In this document: positions 46,001 to 58,000 of the stretch, piece after piece
How the letters are laid out: every line of letters begins with the position of its first letter
How positions within the stretch are numbered: position 1 is the stretch's first letter
IMG/VR virus record: IMGVR_UViG_2885360797_000005
Length of the DNA stretch: 64,000 bases
Reading direction: 5' to 3' (one strand)
Source: a virus
Taxonomy: Duplodnaviria; Caudoviricetes
Position numbers and translations under genes: made by a program
The notes under the pieces: generated by a model
Told to the model about the DNA's origin: nothing
Seen by the model: the letters and a program-made list of their open reading frames with translations, nothing else
Database searches by the model: none

Positions 46001-49000
46001 CACGAGCCATCACCGGGACGCGCTCCACATAGTCAGCCCCGTCTCTGAATCTCACATCTTCGTCTCCGTCAAATGTCGGATTCTCAAAAGTTTTTATTAC
46101 CTTTGCAACATCTTCCAAGTCAAGATAGTCAACGTCAGCGAGAATCGTTCGCTGTTTGTCTATTAAGGCTTGGATTTTTTGTTTGTCTGCATAAAGCAGC
46201 TTCCCTTGCGAAATCCAGTTCAGCCATTCGGCGTTGTGCTTGGGGAATACATTTCTTACGCTGTTTATCTCCAGCGCTTTGCCATTGACAATCGGATTTA
46301 GGGAAAGTCCTACGATAAATTGCTTGCCATTGCTTTCAATTCCCACAATAATATTCTGCATCTTCCCCTTGTTGCCGTAGGCGAATACTGCCATAGGGGT
46401 CTGCAGTTCCTTCACAAGATTCCGTATCTCCGCCAAATCAAAATCATGCCCATATTCGGTTGCTTTGGCACGTAGTCTTGTGGCAGACATCTGAATAGGC
46501 AGATTGGGAACACCGGTGGAGCGTAAAATGTTACTTGGCATTCCTAACTGATAAATATGGCCGTCAGGAAGATTCCCATCAACCTGCCGCTGTAATTCTT
46601 TATTGAAACGATTGTTGGCGTCCTCAATTTTGGCAGATTCGCTCAACATAGCCTCGCCCCATCCCGTACGGTGACGCATAACGGCATCCTCGGCATCGGC
46701 GAACACGCCGCCTTTGCCCTGTTTATCGCGCATATTCTTCCATGACTTGAAGAGGATATATGAAAGGTCTTTATCGTTGAGGCGTATGCTCTTGGCAATT
46801 TTTAAACCGCTCAGGAATTTGTCCAGGAACGATTGAACCTTTGCCTTGATTTTACCCCAGAGCGTCAGTTCGTCACGGCTCATCTTCTCAAAACCCTCGC
46901 TGCCGATACGACCGGCGAGATCTGCCATATATTCCTCAGTGGCTTCCTTGCGGAAATCCTTGCGCTTTGCTTCGGCCTCAACTCGCGCCTCTGCCATGTC
47001 GGTGTAGTAATTGGCGTTCACATCTTTCCCGGCTCGCTCGTGTGCCTGTGCCTTGCGAGTGCGCAGGCGGTCGGCTTCCTCGCTCACCATTCTGTCGGTC
47101 ATCTTGTCAATGACTTTGCGGATGGGATTTGAGGCATGGTCGTAAATCTCGCCGAGGAATTCATCGAAGCGTTCCTCTCCTACGAGCGCACGCAGGCCCT
47201 TGTGTCCTGCAACTTCATGGACAAACGTATTGTCCACATCGGCTACATTGACGTTGTTAGGCAGGACGATGACAACCTCATCATCCTTTGCGCTCCACCA
47301 GCCTTTGGCACGCCTCTCTCTGCGAGTGGGGAGTGCATCGGCCTCTTCCTGCGTCCTTACAATACGGACTGGGGTGTTGGCTCTTGCCGACAGGTCGGCG
47401 ACACGCGCTTCTTTGGCTTCGGTCGATGATTCGTAAGCGTCAAGGTAGGCGCGTGCCTTTTCAAGACCTGCGTCCCATTCGCCTGCGTTCACTCGATCGC
47501 GCAGCTCATTGAGCATGGGTATGTCGGCTTCTGCCACGCTTCCGCTGATGTCACCGAACTTTGCGCCACGTTTGGCGAGTTCGGCACGGAGCATCGGGGG
47601 AACGGCATTTATGGGGAACGTAATCTTTTGGTTGCCCACGCGCTCCATGATGAGGTCTGCAACCTCGCTCCACGGAACAATGCGCCCCGGCTTGAAATAG
47701 CGCGACAGCATGGTCTGAACCTTGGTGTCATCGCTCAACTGACCGTTGACGCTTCCGCTGTGCCAGTCCATAAGACCTACGGAATCCTTTGCGCCCTCGG
47801 CCTGATAGCCGCTCGTTTCCTCGCTTTCGGGATAGTAACCCTCGACAACAAGAAGTTCGGGTCGGTCGTAGGCGGCTGTGAACTGGTCGTTGAGCGGAGA
47901 GGTACGGATATGGAAATATGGATTGTAGGCCACATCCCCGGTGGTGCGTCCGTTACCCTGCACAAGGTCGGCTTTGCCGTTCTCCTTGCGCATACCCTCT
48001 TCGCTCTGCTCCCAACGGCTGAATATCATCGGCGCACGCCATTCTCCGTTCTGCTTGGCGGTCATGGGTGGCAATACGCCCATGTTCGCCCACTGCGAGT
48101 AGCGGTAGCCTTTCTTCAGCGGCTGTGCGTCAAGGAAGTCAAGCAGTTCACGCTCGGCGACAAGGCGATACTTATTGCCGTCCCCTGTGGTCGGGGTGTC
48201 AGTGCTGTCCTCATCGGTCAGAGTGATGTCCGAAGCGGTTTCTACCGATTTGTCAAGTTCGGCATACTTGGCTTCTTTCTCTGCCAATTCTTTCTTCATG
48301 GCTTCCTCATACTTGGCAAGACGCTCTTTGGCTTCTGCCAGTTCCTGCTTGTGTGGGAACTCACGGCCGTTGCGCTGTTCAAGTTGGGTTCGTTCCTCGG
48401 TGTAATGAGCGAGTTGCTGTTGACCCCTGCTAAGGAGTTCACGGCTCTCTCTGCCAGTCACAATGTCCTCGGCGATTTTCTGCATTATGTTCTTTAGACG
48501 GTTGCCCTTGATGGCTTGGTCTTTAATGCCGAGTTCCTCGCAGGAATATGTGACATTGCGCTCCGGCTCAAACGTCAGAGTACCCTGACCCTTGCTGTCA
48601 ACGGTTCGGCTGACGGTCGTTGTGACCTCAAATTTCAAGCCGTCAACATCGACCACAAGTTTACTGGTGTAGTTGTCAGCACCCTCACGGACATTCTCGG
48701 CCGCCTCGTTCATCTTGGCATTCTGCTCTTTGAAGAAATCATCCATAGCAGCCACGCTGTCGAATGTGAGTTTGCCGATGGTTATCTTCTTGATAGTGCC
48801 GTCGGGGAAGTGTGAACCGATTATTTCAAGGTTCTTGGTTTCAATCTCGATGCGGCGTTCAGCACCTTTGATGAAGCCCTCAACCTTTGGCAACTGGTTG
48901 TGAACATAAATCTGATCGAGGTCGTGACCTTTCTGCTTGGCGGTAAGATTACGAACCTCGCGCTCGGCTTGATTCTTCAGTATGGCATACTCACTGCCCG

Positions 49001-52000
49001 AAAGTTGCGCGGTCATGTCGCCGAAAGAATCTTCTTCCTCTTCCAGTACGCGGTTTTCCATTGAGTTCTGCATCATCTTTGAGCCGTTCATGATTGAATC
49101 GGCTATCGCGCCTTTGGTTTTAAGACGCTGATATGCGGTTACGTCAAGGCTGTCCTCAACACCGAAACGGATAATGCGGACCGGTATGTCCATATCCTTG
49201 TGCAGGTTGCCCTGTCGCAGGGCGCGTCCGTTGCGCTGTGTGTAGTCCATCGGGCGGTTGGGCGCGTCCACATGGATGAGGGTGTGCAGGCGTTCCTGTA
49301 TGTTCACGCCAGTACCGAGAGTAAAGGTTGAACCCATGATGACACGGATTTCACCTGCGTTGACTTTCTCGAAGATGTCCAGTTTCCTCTTGACAGTCAT
49401 ACCCGGCTTGATGACAACTATCTGCTCGGCAGGAACGCCCTCGGCTATGAGTTTCTTGCGAATGTCCTCATAGAGGTTGAATCCGCTCTGCTTATTCTGA
49501 TAGTTGTCGGAGAAGATTGCGACTGTGCCTTTGTATTTCTCGCTGTCGCGGAGTGAGCGCAAGGTTTCGCGCACGGTCGCATTGGTCTTGCTGTTGGGGT
49601 CATCTTCGGCGTTGGGAACGACAAGGCGCACGTCAACGGCGGCTGCCTTTGCAATGCCGTACATCGTGAGCGGAATATGGCTGTTCTCTTTCTTCTCCTT
49701 GCCAGTCATATTGTCGTAGCGGTCAAGTTCTGCCTTGACGTACTTCATGACACTGCGCATGGCGCGGGTTTGCGGCAGGTAGATGTCCTGTGGCTTACCG
49801 CCTTCCATATCGGGAATCTTGTCGCTTACACCGCCTGCCTCGCGTGTGAGGACAGTATCGGCGACACTGCTCCATATACGCACGAGTTCGGGCAGGTTCA
49901 CATATCCGGCGAAGCGGTTGTTCTCTTTGAACTTGCCGTTGGTCGAGAACTCTACCATCTGCGCGATGTTGCCGAAGTTGCGGACAAAATCGTCAAAGTA
50001 GTAGATGCCGTAGGATTTCATCGTGTCAACTGGCATGAGATAACGCATGAACGTCCATATCTCGGCGGCTGTGTTGGAGATAGGCGTACCAGTCGCAAAC
50101 ACTACGTTGCGTCCGTTATTGCGCTCCATGACAGCCTGCGCCTTTAGGAACACACCCTGCGACTTCTTGCTGTATGAGGGGTCAACGCCTTTCACACCGC
50201 GTTGCATGGCGGTGGCGAAGCCGAGGTGCTTGTATTCGTGGGCCTCGTCCACAAGTATGGCGTCAATGCCCATATCGTCAAAGTTCTCCACATCGTCAAC
50301 CTCGCGGTCGAGCATTTCCAGTGCGCGAACCTCGGCGTTCTGACGAGTGGTGGCCTCGCGCTTCTCATCGCGTTTCTTCTTCTTGCCCTGCATGGTTTCG
50401 GTCAGTTCGGCAAGTCGCGCTTCCTGCTCGGCAAGTTCCCTTTCGGCTTGGCGAACAATCAAACTGCGACCGTCTGAATCAGCCTCGCGCATGGCTTCAA
50501 GAACTTTCATCTTCTCTTCGATGATGTCCTTGACGTATGCCATTTCGCGCTCCTCGCTGTCGGGGATGCGCTCAAATACGGACTGGGGAACGACAATCAT
50601 GTCCCAGTCGTTGTACTTGATTTTAGCATAGAAGTTCTTGCGGCCCTCGGCTGTGCGGTCGGCTTCCTCAATCGTCAGCACCTTTGCATTTGGATAGATT
50701 TCCTTTGCGCTCTCCACAAACTGACCGACTGTCGCGTTCTGAACGACAATCATAGGCTTGCGTGCTGTGCCGAGTCTGCGCATTTCCATAGCCGTGGTGA
50801 TGAGTGTATAGGTCTTGCCAGTACCTACCTCATGTGCAAGCAGGATAGGTTCGGTAGTTCCTCTTACCACGGCTCTGCCTTGATGAGGACGCAGGGCAAA
50901 GGGATTGCCGTGCAGCTCGCTTACTTGACCGCCGAAGTGCTGGGGAACGAACTCGTCCGGGATAGACATAGGCACATAGTTGTTGAACTGGTCGTTGTAG
51001 GTTTGCTCGATGCGTGCCGACATTGCAGGGTCAGCCTGCATATGCTCACGCGCCCAGTCCTTGAACTCTGCGCGTATCTCGTCAACTTTGGTGCCGCACT
51101 CGGCGGTGGCCGCCTTGTCGGTTATCGTTTTGGTTGAGCCGTCATAGTGCTTCTCGGTCTTGCTGACGGTTATCTGCCTGTTGGTGATGGCGGCTTCAAT
51201 GAGTTCGTGACCCATGATTGTCTTGTCACACATCTTGCTGACAACAGCCATAGCGCGGTTCTTCTCGTTGAATGTACTCCACGGAGTTTTCATGAACCAT
51301 GTACCGCCTGCGTTGGTGAGAGTGACGCGCAGACCAGTCTTTTCAAACACGAAGTCCTCATATAGTTTCGGCTCGATCCACGATGAACCCAACGAGAACT
51401 CAATGAGGTGCGCAGGTATGGTCATCGGCATAACTCCCTCAAGAGCCTTGATATTCGCGTCATACCTGCCGTCAGCATTATTCTCCTGCGCAATATGCAA
51501 TTTCTCGCGCACATTTCCCGAAAGGTATTTGTACGATACCTCCATTGTGCCGGTCGACGGATTTTCAAAGCCGGGTCCGCTTGACACGATTTCGCGCTTC
51601 ACCTCCTCGGTCGGTTTGCCGAGGGCCTGGCCGATATATTCAACATCAACACCGCCACTCTTGTATAGGCTTGCGAGGATAGCGTCTTTGATGGTGGTAG
51701 GCTGTGGCTCTTTCTCGGTGTCAATAACTCGGTGGCTGAAGATGTCAGTCTTGCCGACCTTGACAACCTTGTTGCCCTTCTTATCGCCTTTCTCGGAATA
51801 AGTTTCCAGTGCAAGGATGCTTGAGAAGTCAACATCGTTGCGCAGGAATGAGATTGCGGTGTTCTTATGCAGGTTGCCGTAGGTGCGTGTGAATGTGTCA
51901 AAGGCGCGGTTCAACTCTTTCAGAAGAGGTGCAAGTCCCTCGTCACCCTCATTGCTCGACTGGTATTCAAGCACATCAGACAACGCTTTCTTGATAGCCG

Positions 52001-55000
52001 AGTATGCTTTGAAACACTCCGCTTTGGTGTGACCCTTGACCTTGTTTTTGTTCAGTCCGAGGGGAACAGCCTCGCCCATTCGTGCCATGCAGAGTTCGCC
52101 CTGCGAGTTCAGCACCATGCTTCCCTCCTTGACACCCTCGCCGAGTTGCTCATTGATTCGGGTTATCTCATCTTCGACTTTCGGCGCGGCTGTGGCTTCC
52201 TCTTCCATGTCGGCGAAACTGCTTGCCCATTCGGACAACATCTTCGACTGTTCCTTTTCCTTGACTGGGAAGAGGGCGCGACTGGTCGGGAAGCGTGTTT
52301 CACCACGCTCAAAGTTGAACATCATCTCGCCTGCCATATTCTCCGGATGTTCCGCAAAATATTTGTTGTACATCATGCTGTACTGCTTGATGACGGGAAT
52401 TTCCTGACCTTTGACCTTGCGAGTGTCGCCAGTATCATAGTCAGCCACGCGCACACCTATTGCATCCGTCACGTCTATGGCATTAGGTGAGGGCTTGCCG
52501 TTGACGCGCTTGCGCACAACGATGATGTCCGAGGTTGCCCCGGTGCCTCCGAATGTCTTGTTGTGCATACGGAAAGCACCTACAACGTCAGCATTACCCT
52601 CGCCGATAATCCAAAGGCGAAGTTCCTTTGAGTTGTCCATCGTGCCGCTTGACGTGATGAATATGCCAATACCGCCCTCGCGGAGTTTGCGGATATTCTT
52701 CGCAATGCAGAAATCGTGGATGTCATGGAATTTCTTGGAGAGGTCTTTGTCGCCTGTCTCGTCAAACACTTTCGCACCAGTTATGAAAGGCACGTTGGTA
52801 ATGGCGAGGTCAACGGTGCCGTTCTGCACTCGCGTTTTCTCAAAGCCTTGTATCTCCACCTTGGCATCCGGGTAGAGCAACGAGAGGATTCCGCCAGTGG
52901 TGCGGTCAATCTCAACGGCATGGATTGAGCTGCGCTCACTCATGTCGGTAGGCATAAGTCCGATGATATTGCCGATACCTGCTGACCCCTCAAGCACGTT
53001 GCCGCCCTTGAAGCCCATAGCGCGTGCTACATCCCACATGGTGTCTATGACCTCGGCAGGAGTGTAGTAAGCGGAACGGCGGCTGTCCACAGCGTCTTGA
53101 TAGCCGTCCTCGCCCAGTAGTTCTTTCAGACGTTTGGCAATCGGGTTCGGAGTATAGCCCTGCTCATTGAAAGCCTTGCCCAGTCCACCCCAACCGCTGA
53201 ACTTACGGAGTACGGCCATCTGTTCGGGTGTGGCGGTTTCGCCTGCGTCAAGCAGTCGCTTGGCAAGTTCGATCGCTTCCATATTGGCCTTGATGCGTGC
53301 GTCCTCGCCTTTGGGGGCATAGTCAACGCCACGCTCGGCATGGTTGTTGCGGACATTCTTCCGCTCCGATTCGGGGACCGGCTCAATTACTGGTTGGCTC
53401 TTAGGCTTTCGAGGTACGCCTGCGCCTCGCTCTCCGTCAGACATAGGATTGACGCTACTACGTCCACCCATTCCTCGTCCGTCAGTTCCTTTAACTTCAT
53501 TCCGTTGGCTCTCTCCCAACGGTTCATGCGATTGAGGTTCGTGTCCTCTTTCTCGCTCGGCAGTGCCGGGGCGAGGTTGTACGTCAGTTTCTTCATGATT
53601 GCTTGAGTTTTGAGTGTTATCGAATAGGCCGCCGAACAAATCTCCGACAGGTTGTTCCGGCTTCAAAGTTACATCTTTTTTGCGAGAACTTCGCTTCTTC
53701 TCCTGTGCGGCTCTTGCTACACGCTTTGCCTCGCCGAAGATTCCATCGGCAGGCTTGACGCGGCTCCAGTCTCCCTTTTCTGACATGACATCCTTGACAG
53801 CCTCAAAGATAGGCCCACCGTCAGTGTCAAAATCTTCTATCTTGACTTTCTCCCAATTGCCGTTGCCGTAACGGTCCCACATGACCTCATCGCCGACCTT
53901 GTAGCCGTTGTGAGTCACGTCTACTTTTCGCTCTTCGGCAAGCTGCGCTTCAACTTCGGGAGTGATGGTATATGGAGATTCGCCACGTTCTGCCATATCA
54001 GACCATTCATGCCAAAGCTCATCTACAGACTTTTCTTTAGGAAGATAGTCGCGTGTAATCTCTTTTACCCTGCGCAGAAAATCGGCATAGGTTGATTCAA
54101 CCGGGGCATACATATTGTAGCCCCAACGTTCCATACCGCTCCCATTCGGATTTTCCACCCGGTATAGTATCCGCTCAACGGCAAGATTGTCACCACGTCT
54201 ACGTGTGCCTCTTTCTGCAACTGGTTCAAGACCGATATAGATGGCGAGTATTCTTCCCTCGTTGAGAGGGAGATTTACAATTACGTCACCACCTGCCGGG
54301 GCGATGTTCGCTCTTACCGCAGTGCCTTTCTTGACTCTCTTGCGGCCGAGCGTGGTCGCACTCGTGACTTTAATGTCAATGCCGAGGTCGTTTACCAACT
54401 GCTTTGCAAGTTTTGTAGCATCTGCCACGGCTTTTTTCTCTGCTGTGAGCATATAGCCGTAACTCTCATGGAACTTTGAATCGTCCTCAACGGCTTCATA
54501 GTAGCCGAGGACTGCCAGTTGGTCGTTGATCTCGTCAAGTGTTTGGTCAATCAGTTCTGAGGCTCGGTTGAGTTCGCCTGCGTCTGCTGAAGTTTCTGCG
54601 ATACTTTCTGCCTCGCCTGCAACAGCCTCTGCTTTTTCTGCAAGAGCTGCTGTATCTGCTTCTGTCTGCTTGTCATTTTCTCTTCGGTTTTTGTTTCGGG
54701 TTTCGGTAAGTTCTTTCTGCGCCTGCGCGGATGCGGTTGAGGCTTTGCGCTCTTCCACAATCATAGCCGCCTGCGCGATTGGGTCAGCCTGCTTCTTGTC
54801 GAAGTTCTGCACGTCAAACGTGGCAACCTGCTCGGTCGGTGTAAAGGTATATTTGTCATAGCCGGGTGTCCAGCGTGCGCCCTCATAGAACGATTTGAGC
54901 CACGGACGTATCTTGTCGCCCAACAATCCCACCATCTTGGTGGCATAGTCGGGGAATGCCGTTGTGCCTCGCTCGATAAGACCCATAGCAAGACGGATGC

Positions 55001-58000
55001 CTGCGGACTGGATGCGCTGACGCTCCTGCGCTGTCAGTTCGCCGGGGTCGCGGAACTTGATGTTGGTGTCGCCCTCGTCATCGCCTATGCCCAACAGGTC
55101 GCGCAACTCGTCAGCCAAAGACTTCATTTCGTCATCGCTGATTTCGTGCTGTTGCTCCGGCTCTGCCTTGACTGGTTCGGCGTGGTCGCTCAACTTGGTT
55201 TCTCCTTTGGTCGACAGGTCGGTCATCACATCTTCAAGGCTGACGCGGTTGATAGGTGCTTTCTTCGGCTTCCGTGCAGGCTTCTTCTCCGCAGGAGCCG
55301 CAGGAGCGACAGCCTCACGGAGTTCCTCGGCGGTCATTGGCTGTGCGTCCGCAACCGCTTCTTCGTTGCCAATCATCTCGGCGAGTTGGCGTGCGGCTTC
55401 CTCACTGCGCATCATGTAACCGCCCTGCTTGCGGTCATACCAACCGCGAGAGGTTTTCTTACCCTCGGTGAGAGGCTCACGCGCGAATGTGTCAAGAGCC
55501 GCCTTTTGCTCGGCGGTCAGTTCGCGGTTGAACTTGACAAGGTGAACATCGCTCGTCTTGCCTTTCTTGTTGGTGTAGGTTGTCGGCGTAATGGTGTACG
55601 GTTCAGAACTTTCCGCGCTCTCCGTTTGTTTATCTGCTGACAAAGTATTAACTTTGCGGTCAGAAGGCGAGTCGAGCGTAGGGCCGGAAAGGGCACCGGC
55701 CTCCTCCGAAGATTCGGAGGGCAGTATGAGGGATTGCCCGTCCTCACGCTCTTTCCCCTTAACATTATTGTCGGACGTAGGAACAAGGTCCGGTCCCTCC
55801 GATTCACTCGGAGCCTCGGTTAAGTACCTTTCAGAACTGGGGGACAAACTTTCAGAGAGATGTAGAATTTTACCATTCTGCATCTCTTTCTTTATTGCTT
55901 TACCCTCGGCTTCATGGCTGCTTATTGATACCTCCATGCCGTCACGCTGAACGGTTACAGATTCAAAATGCACAAGACGGCTTCCATCGGATTTGATGAA
56001 CGTCTTTACAAACAGATATTTGCTGTCTCGCTCTGCACCTTCAGCAGGTGCGTTTTTCTCAATGATGACATCGGGAGTGTTGAGTGTAGGATGTATCATG
56101 CTGAAATACTCTGTCCTTTTCAGTGAGTAGAGTTTCAGCAACTGGTTTGCACCCATCTTGACAATGCCTATGGGAGTTTCAACAGTGCCGTCCTCTCCGA
56201 ACTGGGCAATCCAGTTTTCGGGCGTGAGTTCAATTGAGGGAGCGACTTCGGCGGTTGCTTCCATTCGTGCAATCAACTCCGTTGCTTCCTGCTCGGTGAG
56301 TGAGCGTCCAATCATGCCGTTGCCCTCAATAGCCTTGACGCTCTTGTACTCGGCAAAGGGCTTGGTCTTACGTCTGCTCGACTGAATCCACTTCTTGAAC
56401 TCTTCCTTGCTGACGTGGGTAATCGCGCCGAGACCGGTCCAACCCGGCTCATAGTTGGAGAGGTATGCGTAACGCGCGGCCTGCTCCGTGGGGAAGCCGT
56501 ACATAACCTTATGCTCGTCAAACGAGCCGTCCTCGTTCACTTGGTCAACGACAAACACATCGCCCTCTTCGGGAGTGTCGGAAAGGAACACGTCAATGTG
56601 GTCGCCGTCCACGCCCTCAGTCCCACGGATATATCCGTAGTCGTTCTGCATGGTAGTTTCCCACGGCTTGCCGTCCGCTCCAGTACCTCGGCGTACACTA
56701 CCTTTGGCGTTCTCAATGCTGACGTTGTAGCCGTCAACCTTGCGATGTTCCATCTTGTAGTTGCCTGCGGCTTTCTGCGCCTCAGTCGGTTCGGACTGCA
56801 TACCTCCGTCAACCTTTAGCTCGGCGGACGGATGTCCATCAATATACTGGGCAATCTCGGCGATGTCGCCAAAACGCTTGCCGTCAAATTCAAAGTATGA
56901 GCCTGTGTAGTGTCCGTCCTCATTGGGTGCGTCAACTTGCGTAACTATGTGAGTGCCGTCAATGATGATTTCACACTTATAAGTGGGCTTGTCACTGTCA
57001 CCCTCTTCCCAGTCGTTTTCAGTAATCTCAACACGGGCCGCGAGTGCCTGCTCTTCGGGAGTCAGTTCCTCGCGAGTGCCTGCTACTGGCTGTTGAGGCT
57101 CTGCACTGCGTTCAACATCATTCGGAGTTTGTTCACTTTCTTGGTCTCGTCCAAGCTGTTCTGCTTCTGCTCTGCGCTTGCGTTCCGCAATGGCAGCTTC
57201 CACGAGTGCCTGCTGTTCTTTGGGGGTTGCATTTCTGAAATGTTCGTTTACATTGGTGAGTATTTCTTCTTTTGAGGGGATCGAGCCTGAAAACATGTCA
57301 AGTTGACCGCCCGAAGCTTGTGCAGCCTCGTTGTTGTATGAGGTCAGCACCTTGCGCAGGTCGCTCGGCTTACCGCTGTTGAGAATGTCTGCAAGCAGGA
57401 GTGCGGTCGCGTCAGTCACACGGCTGTCTCCAAACTCATCATCAAACAATCCCTGCATACGTCCGAAGGGCGACACTGGCATTCCATCGGTATATACGTC
57501 CGGCATAGCGGCCTTGGCGCGAGTAACAAGGTCTACAGCCTTTGCAAGTTCCTCGCTGATGTCGTAGCCGTTTCGGGCAAGAGTGCGGTTATTGGCAATC
57601 TCATTCAATCCCATAACGATTGACTGGCGAAGTGTCGGCATAGAGATTATCTGACGCACTGCATCGGGCGAGGTTTGGAACACCTTGCCGATAAGAGTGT
57701 TTTCGATAAGTTCCTTTCCTGCGGCCGACAACGCCGTGCCTGTCCGCAGTTCGGGCATCTGCATATCGTTGATGACTCCTGCCTGCATGAGTGCGCCCAG
57801 TGCGTGAGCTACGGCTTTCTCGTCAGCATAGTAGTCCGAGAGGCGGTCGTAACGGCTGATGTCGTTGACAATGACGTTGAACACATTGTCGGGGACAATC
57901 TTTCCGAGTTTCACGGCGGCTTCGGGCTTGCCCTGCGATTTCTTCTCCTGCGCGTTGAACCGAGCAAAGGTTGTGGCATCGTAAGGAAGAGCCTCGTCCG

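Noticed and set aside
54551-54760. Alternate-frame Q/K-rich ORF (MTSRQKQIQQLLQKK...) in the giant gene
   Set aside because: Explained by frame-shifted GCA/GAA (Ala/Glu) codon runs; much weaker than the 53387-53596 case.
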